Below are positions 25,873-34,773 of a stretch of DNA of 64,000 bases, piece by piece (position 1 is the first letter of the stretch; each line of letters starts with the position of its first letter). The notes beneath the pieces are model-generated. The model was not told the origin of the DNA. It saw only the letters and a list, made by a program, of their open reading frames with translations, and did no database searches. Source of the DNA: a virus; IMG/VR virus record IMGVR_UViG_3300030328_001638, positions 3,140-67,139 of that record; one strand, written 5' to 3'. A program made the translations under genes and the position numbers.

Positions 25873-28800
25873 TTAATTATTATATCGTTGGTTTAAATAC
25901 TGCTGTCTACGCTGTTTCTCTAAATCTTTTAATCTTTGTCGCTCTCTATATTGCGGACTATTTCTTATAGCGTCTTGCTGTTGCTTGTATCTGAAATAAG
26001 CTTCAGGGTTATATCTTTTCATCTCCTCCACACTCAGCTTGTCTGCCTTTTTTTCTTTTGTTCTCTTAGCTTTTCTATCAGCGTCACTTTCCACGACATA
26101 CTCTGAATATTGTAATGCTAATAAAATAAATTCTTGTGGAGAAACATTTCCGTTTAATATTTTATCTGAATTTTTTATTAATCTATCTATCTGTCTGGTA
26201 GGTAACCCCAATGAGTTTAGTAAATCAAAAATAGCTTTTTTGTACAGCTCTTCTTTGGCTGCCTTACTTTTAGCTATAGCTTCAGGTTTACGAGGCTTTC
26301 CATTTTTATCAAATGGTGTTACATTATATTTGTCCGCTTTTTGCAATTCTTTGAAAAATTTAGCAGACACTTCTAATATAGGAATACCCCCCGAGGTTTC
26401 TCCTGTCCAAGGTTTTCCTGTCCACTTATCTCCGTAATAAGTAACTATTTCACCGAGTATAAACATTGCATTTAAATTGCCTAATACTCCTGCTCTCATT
26501 AGGTCTAAGTTATCTTCCTCATCCCATGGGGCTAATATTCCTGGTAAACCTGCGGCAACATATTGAAAGGCTATTGGTAATAAAGAATGGTAAACCATTA
26601 ATCTTCTTGCATTTTCCTTATATGTTCCTTTTCCTTCTTTACTTCCTGACATTGCTTTTCTATATATATTTATCGCAGCCATTAATTCTTGTCTAAAATA
26701 CTGTTTGATAGAAGTTTGAAACATATTTAAACCTCTTGCGTACCATGCGCCTGTTTGAAACTCATCTCTGTCTTGTAGGTCACTTGACTGCTGAGTCATC
26801 TTTGTGTCTCTTTCAAAAAGTCTTACCGCATGCTCGATAGCCTCTTGTTCGGTGGCTTGAGGATTGGCAGCTTTAAATTTATTTTTATAGTGAATATAGT
26901 TAGGTACTCCCCCTATTACTATTGCCCCTTTATCTCCTTGTTTTACCAACCACATCATGACATCTATAAATCTACCTTTCGCTCCTGCAGGAATAACACT
27001 TTTTACATTGCTTTCAGAATAAGACTCTAAAGTTCTTAATATACTCTCCCCATATCTATCTTGGATGTATACAGAATTATTTGATATTTCTTTCCATATC
27101 TTTGAGTATTGAGTAGCATTCATTGCCGCAAGTTTAGACCAATTTCTAAACCCAATAAATGCAGCGTATGCGGGAGCGGATGTTAACTGCTTGATAAATA
27201 TAGTAGGATTAATAGATAATTTACCTATGACAAAAGCAGTAGTTATGTTGTTTACCCATTCCATAGATTTCTCATTACTAACACCTCTATTACCTAATTT
27301 TGTTATCATATTCATAATGCTCTCGTACGGAGTTTTACCAAAATTAAATACAATTTGAGATTTAATATCTTTGTTCTTAAATAATTTACTCATATCATTT
27401 ATCACTTCACCCATTGAAGCAAAATAATTCATATCATTAACATAGGATATTAAAGTAGACATTTGATCCATATCGGCTATAGCCAGAGCATTATTCATCC
27501 TTACTTTTGTGGAAGCAGGAGCGGCAAAGTTTTTAAAAGCATTAGTTCCTGAAGACATTAACTGCATTATATCAGTTTCAGGATTTCTTCCTTCTCTATA
27601 TATTCTCCCTGCGTAATATTGATTCCAAGGCATTGAAGTTCGGTATATCTTTTTATAAGCCTCATTATACCCCTCATATAGTGATGGGAAAAATTCTTCC
27701 ACCTGCCAACGAGATAACTCTTTAACCTCATCGTTTAGCTTAGCTTCCATTTCCGCCATTATTCTTTTATAACCCTTCCCATATTTAGTTTCAAAAGATA
27801 ATTCATTGGCAGGGTCTTTATATTGTGCTACTAAATAAGCCATTTGATTTTGGCTTAACGGAGGCAGTTCTACTCCTGAATCAGTAAATATTCCTGTCGG
27901 CTGTATACTACTATCGTTTTGTGCTTTTGTTTGCCAATTTTTTCCATATACTTCTTCCAGCTTATTATTTATAGCTAAAGTGGTCATCATTTTTCGAGCT
28001 TTATATTCTCGTGTACCTTCGTTTACTTTAACAGAAGTAATTTTTTGTGTTTCATTTCCTAATATATCACCAGGCATTTTTCCAATAACACCCATCCATG
28101 TGGCTAAATCGGAGTTCATATATATAAAATTTCGTGTCGCTATTCCTAAATTCCTAAATGCCTGTACAGCTCTATTTCGTACCTTATTTTTTCTGGCTTC
28201 AGATATTAACCTTGTATCACGCAATAAAACCTCCACTTCTGGATTTTTAATTAGTCGTGGGTTTGCATTTGATTCAGGGAGAAGTTCATTAAAATCAGGG
28301 TTTTCTATATAAGACTTAACTCGCAATCCTGTAATATCATAATACAAAGTTTCAAATTCAGCCACATACTGTAAGTGTTTATCGAATAATTCTTTTTGCA
28401 ATTGAGTTTTCCCTGTCTCAACTAAAGAATTAAGATTATTCAACACATCGTCTAATGCTTCAGTTTTAGAAGTCTCTACATCTTGAGATAATTGAGCATT
28501 TAAAAAATCAATTACAATATTCAAATCAGCTATACTATTTCTATCTTTAGGTGTTAAGTCTGTTTGACTTTCTAATTTAGCTATTTCATCTAAAATTGCC
28601 TGCACTTTATCGTCTATTTGAGTGGTATCATTGAAATTAATTTCATTAATCATTGCTTTGATACCTTTAAGCCTTTTATGAACCTCATGACTTACCTTAT
28701 AGCCTTTTGGTCTACCTGCCTGTATATCTTCATACTTTCCATTAAGAATCTCTTCAATCTTGTTTGTTAAAGCTTGATTTGTTTTCTTATTAACAAACTC

Positions 28801-31800
28801 TACAACCTCAGCTTTTTTATTTTCTATATTTTCTAAATTCGCATTAGTTATACTTCTAATAAGCTTTACAACTTCAGGTCGAGAAAATACATAGTTAGGT
28901 AAAGCTTGTCTTATAAAGTTTCTTAAATCTCGCTTTACTTCATCTAATTCTTTTCTTCCTTTTACTCTTTGTGTTAATATTTGTTTAGCTCTTTTAATTC
29001 TTCCTCCAACATCTTGCAATACTGTACCTGAAAAGGCAGTTTTCATTTGCGCTATCATTTGAGCTTGTTGAGTACTGAATCCATTTTCAAAAGTTTCACC
29101 CTGATATTCAGGAGTACTTTCTAAAAACTCGACTGTCATTTCATCTATTTGACCTTGAGTATATTTATAAAGCTTTTTACCATCCTTCTGAGCTTTATCT
29201 TGAAGAGTATTAATTTGTTTTTGAATCTTTTTAATTTCATTATTTATCTTCTCAACTCTTTTTTTGTTTTTAAAAATTGTAGGTTGATCTAAATCTATTT
29301 TAAGCTTGTCTATTTTACTTAATAGGTTAGTTATTTTTTTACCCACAGGGGTAAGATTATTATTCATTAACTTATTTCTATAAGCCACAACCTTATCAAA
29401 TAGCTTTAAACCATTCATCATACCTCCTGCAATATTTCCAAAAGCCTTTGGTACATTCTCTAAAGTATATCCGCTTATTTTCATAAGAGGATTTATCTCA
29501 CTCATCTTATATTTTAATCCTTTTAAATAAGTAATAATCGTATTTTCTTTTATATTATTCATACGTCCTAATCTCACGATATCAATAATATTTTTAGACT
29601 CTCGTCCAATTTCATTAATAGATTTTTGTTTACGTACCGTTTTAAACGGATTAAAAAATCTACCATTTCTTTTAAAATAATGCCCTACTAATTCTCCACT
29701 TCTATACCCTTCTCTTATGTAAGCAGCATGTACTGTTAAACCTAATTCTGCTGCCGCTCTTTTTAAGTTTTGAATATTATAAATATTAGCGGGCATAAAT
29801 CCTTTAAAATTCATGTTGTAGTTACTTCCTAAATTTTGTGCGCTTTTTTGTTTACGCACACTAATAGTTCCTACTTTAGGTATTGCTCCTGCAGAACTCG
29901 ATACATTACTTTGTTTAAACTTCGTATCTCCTACTAACTTTTTAACTGATGTAGCAGGGGTTGATCCTTTATTAAATTTAGTGTAAGAATTAGTTACCTC
30001 AGTAGACTGATAAAATTCAGTTGGCTGATAAATACCTTCAATTTTTGCTTTTATCGTCCAACCAAAAGACGGGTGATAATCCACATCCCCTGGCTTAGGT
30101 TGTGAAATAACCATACTCTCAGGAACAAATTCTGTTATACCTATTAAATCAAATGCTTGACTATTTTTATTAGCAGGGTCTTCTAAACGGCCTGCAAATT
30201 CATTTTTGTTTTTTACACCTATTGCTTCTTGATATGCTTTGTTTGCTGATAGTTTATCATTTAATGCTTTTCTTAAATTAGGTGAAAAATTGTTTTCTAT
30301 ATTTAATCCTTCAACTATTTCTTTAATAGTTAAATCATTAAAACTTTTTATATCATTTCTCCCTGATTTCTTTTTGTATTGCTCAAAAGCTTTTTTCCCT
30401 ACCTCATTAGTCAATACTTCATTAAATACATTTTTCATTTCTTGTTCGGTCAAAATCTTGTTGTCTAAAGCTACATTTACCAAGCCTTCAAATATAGCTT
30501 GTTGAAATTGCCAAGAGTTTTGATCCGTCCCTCTATGAGGTATAAATAAATTAGCATCTCCTTGTAAGACATTACGAATAAAAGTGGCAGCCTGACTTTC
30601 AGTATTGAACGCAGCTAAATTAGATATATCCCCTAAATTTTTCCCTGCTCTTTCCATCATATCAGCTACATAGTTTTTTCCTCCATACAGCGTCATGCTT
30701 AGACCATTACCTAATTCAGTAAGTCCTGACATAGTAAAGTCATACATATTAGTAACAAAATTTCTTCCTGCAAAATCAGCTAAAGATTTATCTTTTATAT
30801 GTTTTGCAAAAGGTCTTTGGTCATTAGATATAGGAGGGGCTTTTCTTCCTTTTTGTTTTCTTTGTTGATTAATATTTATATCCGTACCAACTTGACCTCC
30901 TGTCCCTTGTTCTTGTTTTTGATTAAATTTAGTTTTCATATCCAAAGCTGCTATATCTGATTCAGTTATAGTCTCTCCTGTTTGAATTTTACCTGCTAAT
31001 CTATTGAGTAAATTAATTACATCTTGAGAAGATTGACCCACCTCTATACCTAATTTTTCTGCAATAGCCTCTATCCATTTTCTTATTTTACTTTTAGTAG
31101 GAGCATCAAACTGAGTATAGTTATCTGCTATCATTCCAAATATTTCTGCAAGTCTTTCTTCATTCTGTATTTCACTATCGTAATTTTTAATAAATTTCCT
31201 TAACTCCCCTCTTACTTCCTTTGGTATACTTCTACTTCTTACTAAAGCTTGAACCATACGTTTTGTAACTGCTTGAGCTAATTTGTCATTAAATTTTAAT
31301 TTATTAATTAATACTGCATGAAATATTTCATGACCTACGGTTCTTCCTGTAGCGTTTGCAAGATTAATATGAATAGTGTTGTCCAGTCTTTGATAAAATG
31401 CATTATCATTATCTTTATCTAATTTAGTATAAGAGTCCTCATCTCGATGTACTACTATTTTTAAACTTGGAAATATTTTAGCTACAGCTCGAGCTGCCAT
31501 TTTAGCTTGCTCTACAATACTTTGCTTGCCTTTAACTCTATTGTTAGGAGATGATGTAAAAGATAAGTTTTCACTTACTTCATTTACTTCTATATCGCTT
31601 TCTTTATTTTCGACATTAAATACTTTCTTTTTAGAAGTAGGGTTAGAGTCTATATCTTGATCTGATTTAGATTCAGGGTCTACCATAGCTTCAAAGTCAG
31701 ATAGCTCTTGACTATCTACTTCCTCTTCGGTCTGTACCCTGTCTTGACTCTCTGTTTCGGCTTCGTTCTGGTTTCCGATGTCACCTTCTCTGGTAGGATC

Positions 31801-34539
31801 TGATTGGGATTCCTGTTCTTCCACAGGTGATATATTTGAGGCAGATTCTTTTTTAGCCAATTCTTCTGCCTTTCGCTTTTGAAGCTCATTTAATTTCGTG
31901 TTTATTTGTTCTGGAGTGGGATTTTCCACACCCTCTTCTTTTAATTGATTTATAGCGTCTTCTTCAGTTATCTCATCTTCTTCTACTCTCCCTCTTGTGG
32001 TCTCTTGATTTTGTTGATAAGCTTTATAACTTAATGAAGCTAACTCTGAGGCTATAGTTTTTAACTGATCCATTTGTCTGGTAACAGAACTTGGGTCTTT
32101 ACCTGCAATTTCTTGTTCTATTCTTTGTTTGTTTAACAACAATCCTAATGCTTCCTTTTTTTGTTGAGTACTATAATCTTCAGGTATTTGTGAATAAACT
32201 CCTTTAATTTCATTAAACATAGCCTCTTGTTCTTTGGCTTCTTCCAGAGTCAGTTTACCTTGATTAACTTGGTCTTTTAACCACAATGTATATATTCGTG
32301 AAGACTTACCATCATTCTTATCATCATTAGCCATATCTTCAAAAACCTCAAACATACCATCATCCATACGAGTAAAATCCTTACTCGCTGCCATATTACT
32401 CATTGCTCCTGGTACACCCATAATCCAACCACCAACCATCTCTTGCGCACCTGCTCTTAAAGTTTGTAATACAGCATCTCCAAAGGTCTCTGGAAGAACA
32501 AACATGTCTTTATTTTTTATAAGTTCGTTATAAACATATTTACCTCCAAGGTCAGCAATTTCTTGAGCAAAACCTGTTTCAAATTCAGCAAAACCTGCGG
32601 CACCTACAGTTAAAACTCCACGAGCCACCATGTTATCTACTTCGTTTCTAACTACTTCTGAAAAATTTCTTCCTCTTACTTGTGCCACGTTACGGTACTT
32701 CCCTATAGACCTTAATAAAACTGCATTTAAAATTCCTTTTTGGCTCAGTACATTTCTTAACCCTATAGCTTCTAAAGTTGCTACTACCGCACCTATAGGA
32801 AGCATAATAGCTTGCCTTTCATTTTCAGATATATCTGCAAACTGAGGGTTATTCTCCATTTCTTCATTTAAATGATCTGAAACTTGCGAATACATTTGTG
32901 CTGTACGTTGCGCCCAACCTGCAGGGTTATTACCCCCTATCATTGCAGGAAGAGATTCTACTAAACCTAAATAGGCTCCTCCCCAAAATCCTTGCTTTGT
33001 TAAATCATTATATTCTTTTGTAGCACCGCTTGATCCTAATACTTCTCTTGCTCCCGCTCTTTGAAAATCTATCATCCCCATATTTTCAGGTAACTCTTTC
33101 CATTGTTTAAGTGATTCTTTAGAATAATAAGTTCCTAAAGGAGCTGTTTTTTTAACCGCCACCCCTCTATCATCATAATCATAAGTATTGTATTTTAAAT
33201 CCTTTTTTAAAATATCTTGAACCTTATCAGTTACTTCTTGTTGTTGTTCAGCTGTAAGCTGCTCAAGATATTCTTCCCAAGTTCTGCTATCATTTTTACC
33301 AGGGAAGGGTATCTGATACATCTCTTCAGCAACTCCTGCAAACATTTTTCTAAAATTTTGCTCACCCGCACCTCCAGAAGGAAGGGCTTCTACCGCCATA
33401 TCTATTATTGCATTCATTCCCCCTGCACCCATCCGAGCTACTCCATCCCAAAATGCATTTTGAGTTGCTGCTGATGTCTCTCCTTGCTCAGTTTGCATTT
33501 GATTGTACTCACCCATTACTCTATCAATTTCACCACCTCTTGTTTTTAACTTACTATCTCTCACCATTAATTCGGCTTGCATAGTATTTAATTGCTGCTT
33601 TTTCTGTATATATTGGTTATATAAAGGACGAGTAGAAGGTTCATTAATTTGTTCTTGAGTTAAACCTCCAAAGACTGCATCTAATGCATCAACCTCAGTT
33701 TTAAATCGAAGGAAGCTTTCAATATCTTTATTAAAATAATTAGCGTCTTTATTTAACAGGGTTATAGTAGCATCAATTTTTTTATCAGTTAGGATTTTTC
33801 GTTCCAACTTAGAATAACCTTCTTCAGCTAATTTTAATCTTCTACTTTCCTTTTTATTTTCTATAAGAAAATCAGCAAGTTTATTTCTTTGTTTTTTCTT
33901 TCCGCCTGAAAACCATTGAGGTACATCTATTATAGCTGTGATGTCTCTAAATAAACTGTCACCTCCAATTAAATCTAAATTAACATTAATTGATTCTCCA
34001 TTAGCTGCTGTAACAGTCATAGCATCACCTAACCCTCCTGCCTCTTCAAAAGTAAATCCATATTGATTAAAATGATAATTTAATAAAGGAACAACATATT
34101 GTTCTTCGTGAGTCATTAAGTCTTGACTAACAGCCTGCATAGAGTGAAGAAATGGGTCGTCTTCTTGTTTTTTTACTTCTTCATGTGCCGCACTATATTC
34201 TTGAAATTCTTGTTGAGTTACCTCTTGGCCATCGATAGTATAAGTTTCAGTCTCTTCATCATATTGAGCTGTTTCTTGACCTTCTGAAAAATCACCACCT
34301 TCTGGAGTGACGGGTTTATCAATCTTAAACCACCCTTCGTAATCAGGCTGACTACGCTCCCTTGCAGTTGATTGTGTGAGTAAACTTTTTAAACCTCCCC
34401 AACTCTCTCTTCCTGATGTTTGGGAAGGTGTTAGTCCAGCATCAAAATATTCTTGGTCAAGAGTTGTGGTGCTTTGATCTGTGGTTTGAGTGGTAGATTG
34501 GGAAGTATCCGAAGGTGAAGTTGTCTGACCTGTACCCAA
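25873..34539 (-). CDS. Giant polyvalent ejection protein with zincin-like metallopeptidase (probably fused to the upstream ORF via -1 shift)
   Basis: 2888 aa, helical; GHEIFH...EERLAE; follows tail and ejection genes; only a weak TTG start. Confidence 0.8.
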   Translation of the reverse strand: MGTGQTTSPSDTSQSTTQTTDQSTTTLDQEYFDAGLTPSQTSGRESWGGLKSLLTQSTARERSQPDYEGWFKIDKPVTPEGGDFSEGQETAQYDEETETYTIDGQEVTQQEFQEYSAAHEEVKKQEDDPFLHSMQAVSQDLMTHEEQYVVPLLNYHFNQYGFTFEEAGGLGDAMTVTAANGESINVNLDLIGGDSLFRDITAIIDVPQWFSGGKKKQRNKLADFLIENKKESRRLKLAEEGYSKLERKILTDKKIDATITLLNKDANYFNKDIESFLRFKTEVDALDAVFGGLTQEQINEPSTRPLYNQYIQKKQQLNTMQAELMVRDSKLKTRGGEIDRVMGEYNQMQTEQGETSAATQNAFWDGVARMGAGGMNAIIDMAVEALPSGGAGEQNFRKMFAGVAEEMYQIPFPGKNDSRTWEEYLEQLTAEQQQEVTDKVQDILKKDLKYNTYDYDDRGVAVKKTAPLGTYYSKESLKQWKELPENMGMIDFQRAGAREVLGSSGATKEYNDLTKQGFWGGAYLGLVESLPAMIGGNNPAGWAQRTAQMYSQVSDHLNEEMENNPQFADISENERQAIMLPIGAVVATLEAIGLRNVLSQKGILNAVLLRSIGKYRNVAQVRGRNFSEVVRNEVDNMVARGVLTVGAAGFAEFETGFAQEIADLGGKYVYNELIKNKDMFVLPETFGDAVLQTLRAGAQEMVGGWIMGVPGAMSNMAASKDFTRMDDGMFEVFEDMANDDKNDGKSSRIYTLWLKDQVNQGKLTLEEAKEQEAMFNEIKGVYSQIPEDYSTQQKKEALGLLLNKQRIEQEIAGKDPSSVTRQMDQLKTIASELASLSYKAYQQNQETTRGRVEEDEITEEDAINQLKEEGVENPTPEQINTKLNELQKRKAEELAKKESASNISPVEEQESQSDPTREGDIGNQNEAETESQDRVQTEEEVDSQELSDFEAMVDPESKSDQDIDSNPTSKKKVFNVENKESDIEVNEVSENLSFTSSPNNRVKGKQSIVEQAKMAARAVAKIFPSLKIVVHRDEDSYTKLDKDNDNAFYQRLDNTIHINLANATGRTVGHEIFHAVLINKLKFNDKLAQAVTKRMVQALVRSRSIPKEVRGELRKFIKNYDSEIQNEERLAEIFGMIADNYTQFDAPTKSKIRKWIEAIAEKLGIEVGQSSQDVINLLNRLAGKIQTGETITESDIAALDMKTKFNQKQEQGTGGQVGTDININQQRKQKGRKAPPISNDQRPFAKHIKDKSLADFAGRNFVTNMYDFTMSGLTELGNGLSMTLYGGKNYVADMMERAGKNLGDISNLAAFNTESQAATFIRNVLQGDANLFIPHRGTDQNSWQFQQAIFEGLVNVALDNKILTEQEMKNVFNEVLTNEVGKKAFEQYKKKSGRNDIKSFNDLTIKEIVEGLNIENNFSPNLRKALNDKLSANKAYQEAIGVKNKNEFAGRLEDPANKNSQAFDLIGITEFVPESMVISQPKPGDVDYHPSFGWTIKAKIEGIYQPTEFYQSTEVTNSYTKFNKGSTPATSVKKLVGDTKFKQSNVSSSAGAIPKVGTISVRKQKSAQNLGSNYNMNFKGFMPANIYNIQNLKRAAAELGLTVHAAYIREGYRSGELVGHYFKRNGRFFNPFKTVRKQKSINEIGRESKNIIDIVRLGRMNNIKENTIITYLKGLKYKMSEINPLMKISGYTLENVPKAFGNIAGGMMNGLKLFDKVVAYRNKLMNNNLTPVGKKITNLLSKIDKLKIDLDQPTIFKNKKRVEKINNEIKKIQKQINTLQDKAQKDGKKLYKYTQGQIDEMTVEFLESTPEYQGETFENGFSTQQAQMIAQMKTAFSGTVLQDVGGRIKRAKQILTQRVKGRKELDEVKRDLRNFIRQALPNYVFSRPEVVKLIRSITNANLENIENKKAEVVEFVNKKTNQALTNKIEEILNGKYEDIQAGRPKGYKVSHEVHKRLKGIKAMINEINFNDTTQIDDKVQAILDEIAKLESQTDLTPKDRNSIADLNIVIDFLNAQLSQDVETSKTEALDDVLNNLNSLVETGKTQLQKELFDKHLQYVAEFETLYYDITGLRVKSYIENPDFNELLPESNANPRLIKNPEVEVLLRDTRLISEARKNKVRNRAVQAFRNLGIATRNFIYMNSDLATWMGVIGKMPGDILGNETQKITSVKVNEGTREYKARKMMTTLAINNKLEEVYGKNWQTKAQNDSSIQPTGIFTDSGVELPPLSQNQMAYLVAQYKDPANELSFETKYGKGYKRIMAEMEAKLNDEVKELSRWQVEEFFPSLYEGYNEAYKKIYRTSMPWNQYYAGRIYREGRNPETDIMQLMSSGTNAFKNFAAPASTKVRMNNALAIADMDQMSTLISYVNDMNYFASMGEVINDMSKLFKNKDIKSQIVFNFGKTPYESIMNMITKLGNRGVSNEKSMEWVNNITTAFVIGKLSINPTIFIKQLTSAPAYAAFIGFRNWSKLAAMNATQYSKIWKEISNNSVYIQDRYGESILRTLESYSESNVKSVIPAGAKGRFIDVMMWLVKQGDKGAIVIGGVPNYIHYKNKFKAANPQATEQEAIEHAVRLFERDTKMTQQSSDLQDRDEFQTGAWYARGLNMFQTSIKQYFRQELMAAINIYRKAMSGSKEGKGTYKENARRLMVYHSLLPIAFQYVAAGLPGILAPWDEEDNLDLMRAGVLGNLNAMFILGEIVTYYGDKWTGKPWTGETSGGIPILEVSAKFFKELQKADKYNVTPFDKNGKPRKPEAIAKSKAAKEELYKKAIFDLLNSLGLPTRQIDRLIKNSDKILNGNVSPQEFILLALQYSEYVVESDADRKAKRTKEKKADKLSVEEMKRYNPEAYFRYKQQQDAIRNSPQYRERQRLKDLEKQRRQQYLNQRYNN

Positions 34540-34772
34540 AGCCTCTTCTCGAGAAGTGCCAAAATCTTTTTTTTTTTTATTTTCTCAGTCCATAAACTAA
34601 TAGGTTCTCTCTTGGCAAAAGTAGCATCTTTAGAGGCTATCCATTGATACATTTCATCTGCATACTGAAGATCCTGCATGTTGTTTTCAAAATCCTCATA
34701 GCTATACCTTTGATTAAAAGTGCTGTCTTGAGTTTGAATCCAGTTAAATAATTCTACTAAATATTCATTCAT
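34431..34772 (-). CDS. N-terminal segment of the giant protein (pre-frameshift ORF)
   Basis: ATG coupled to upstream stop; reads into the A12G run (KKKK). Confidence 0.7.
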   Translation of the reverse strand: MNEYLVELFNWIQTQDSTFNQRYSYEDFENNMQDLQYADEMYQWIASKDATFAKREPISLWTEKIKKKKILALLEKRLWVQVRQLHLRILPNLPLKPQIKAPQLLTKNILMLD

Positions 34773-34773
34773 A

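Noticed and set aside
26039-33474. Several plus-strand ORFs inside the giant gene (and similar ones within groL, capsid, portal, terL and fibre genes)
   Set aside because: Antisense shadows of well-supported genes
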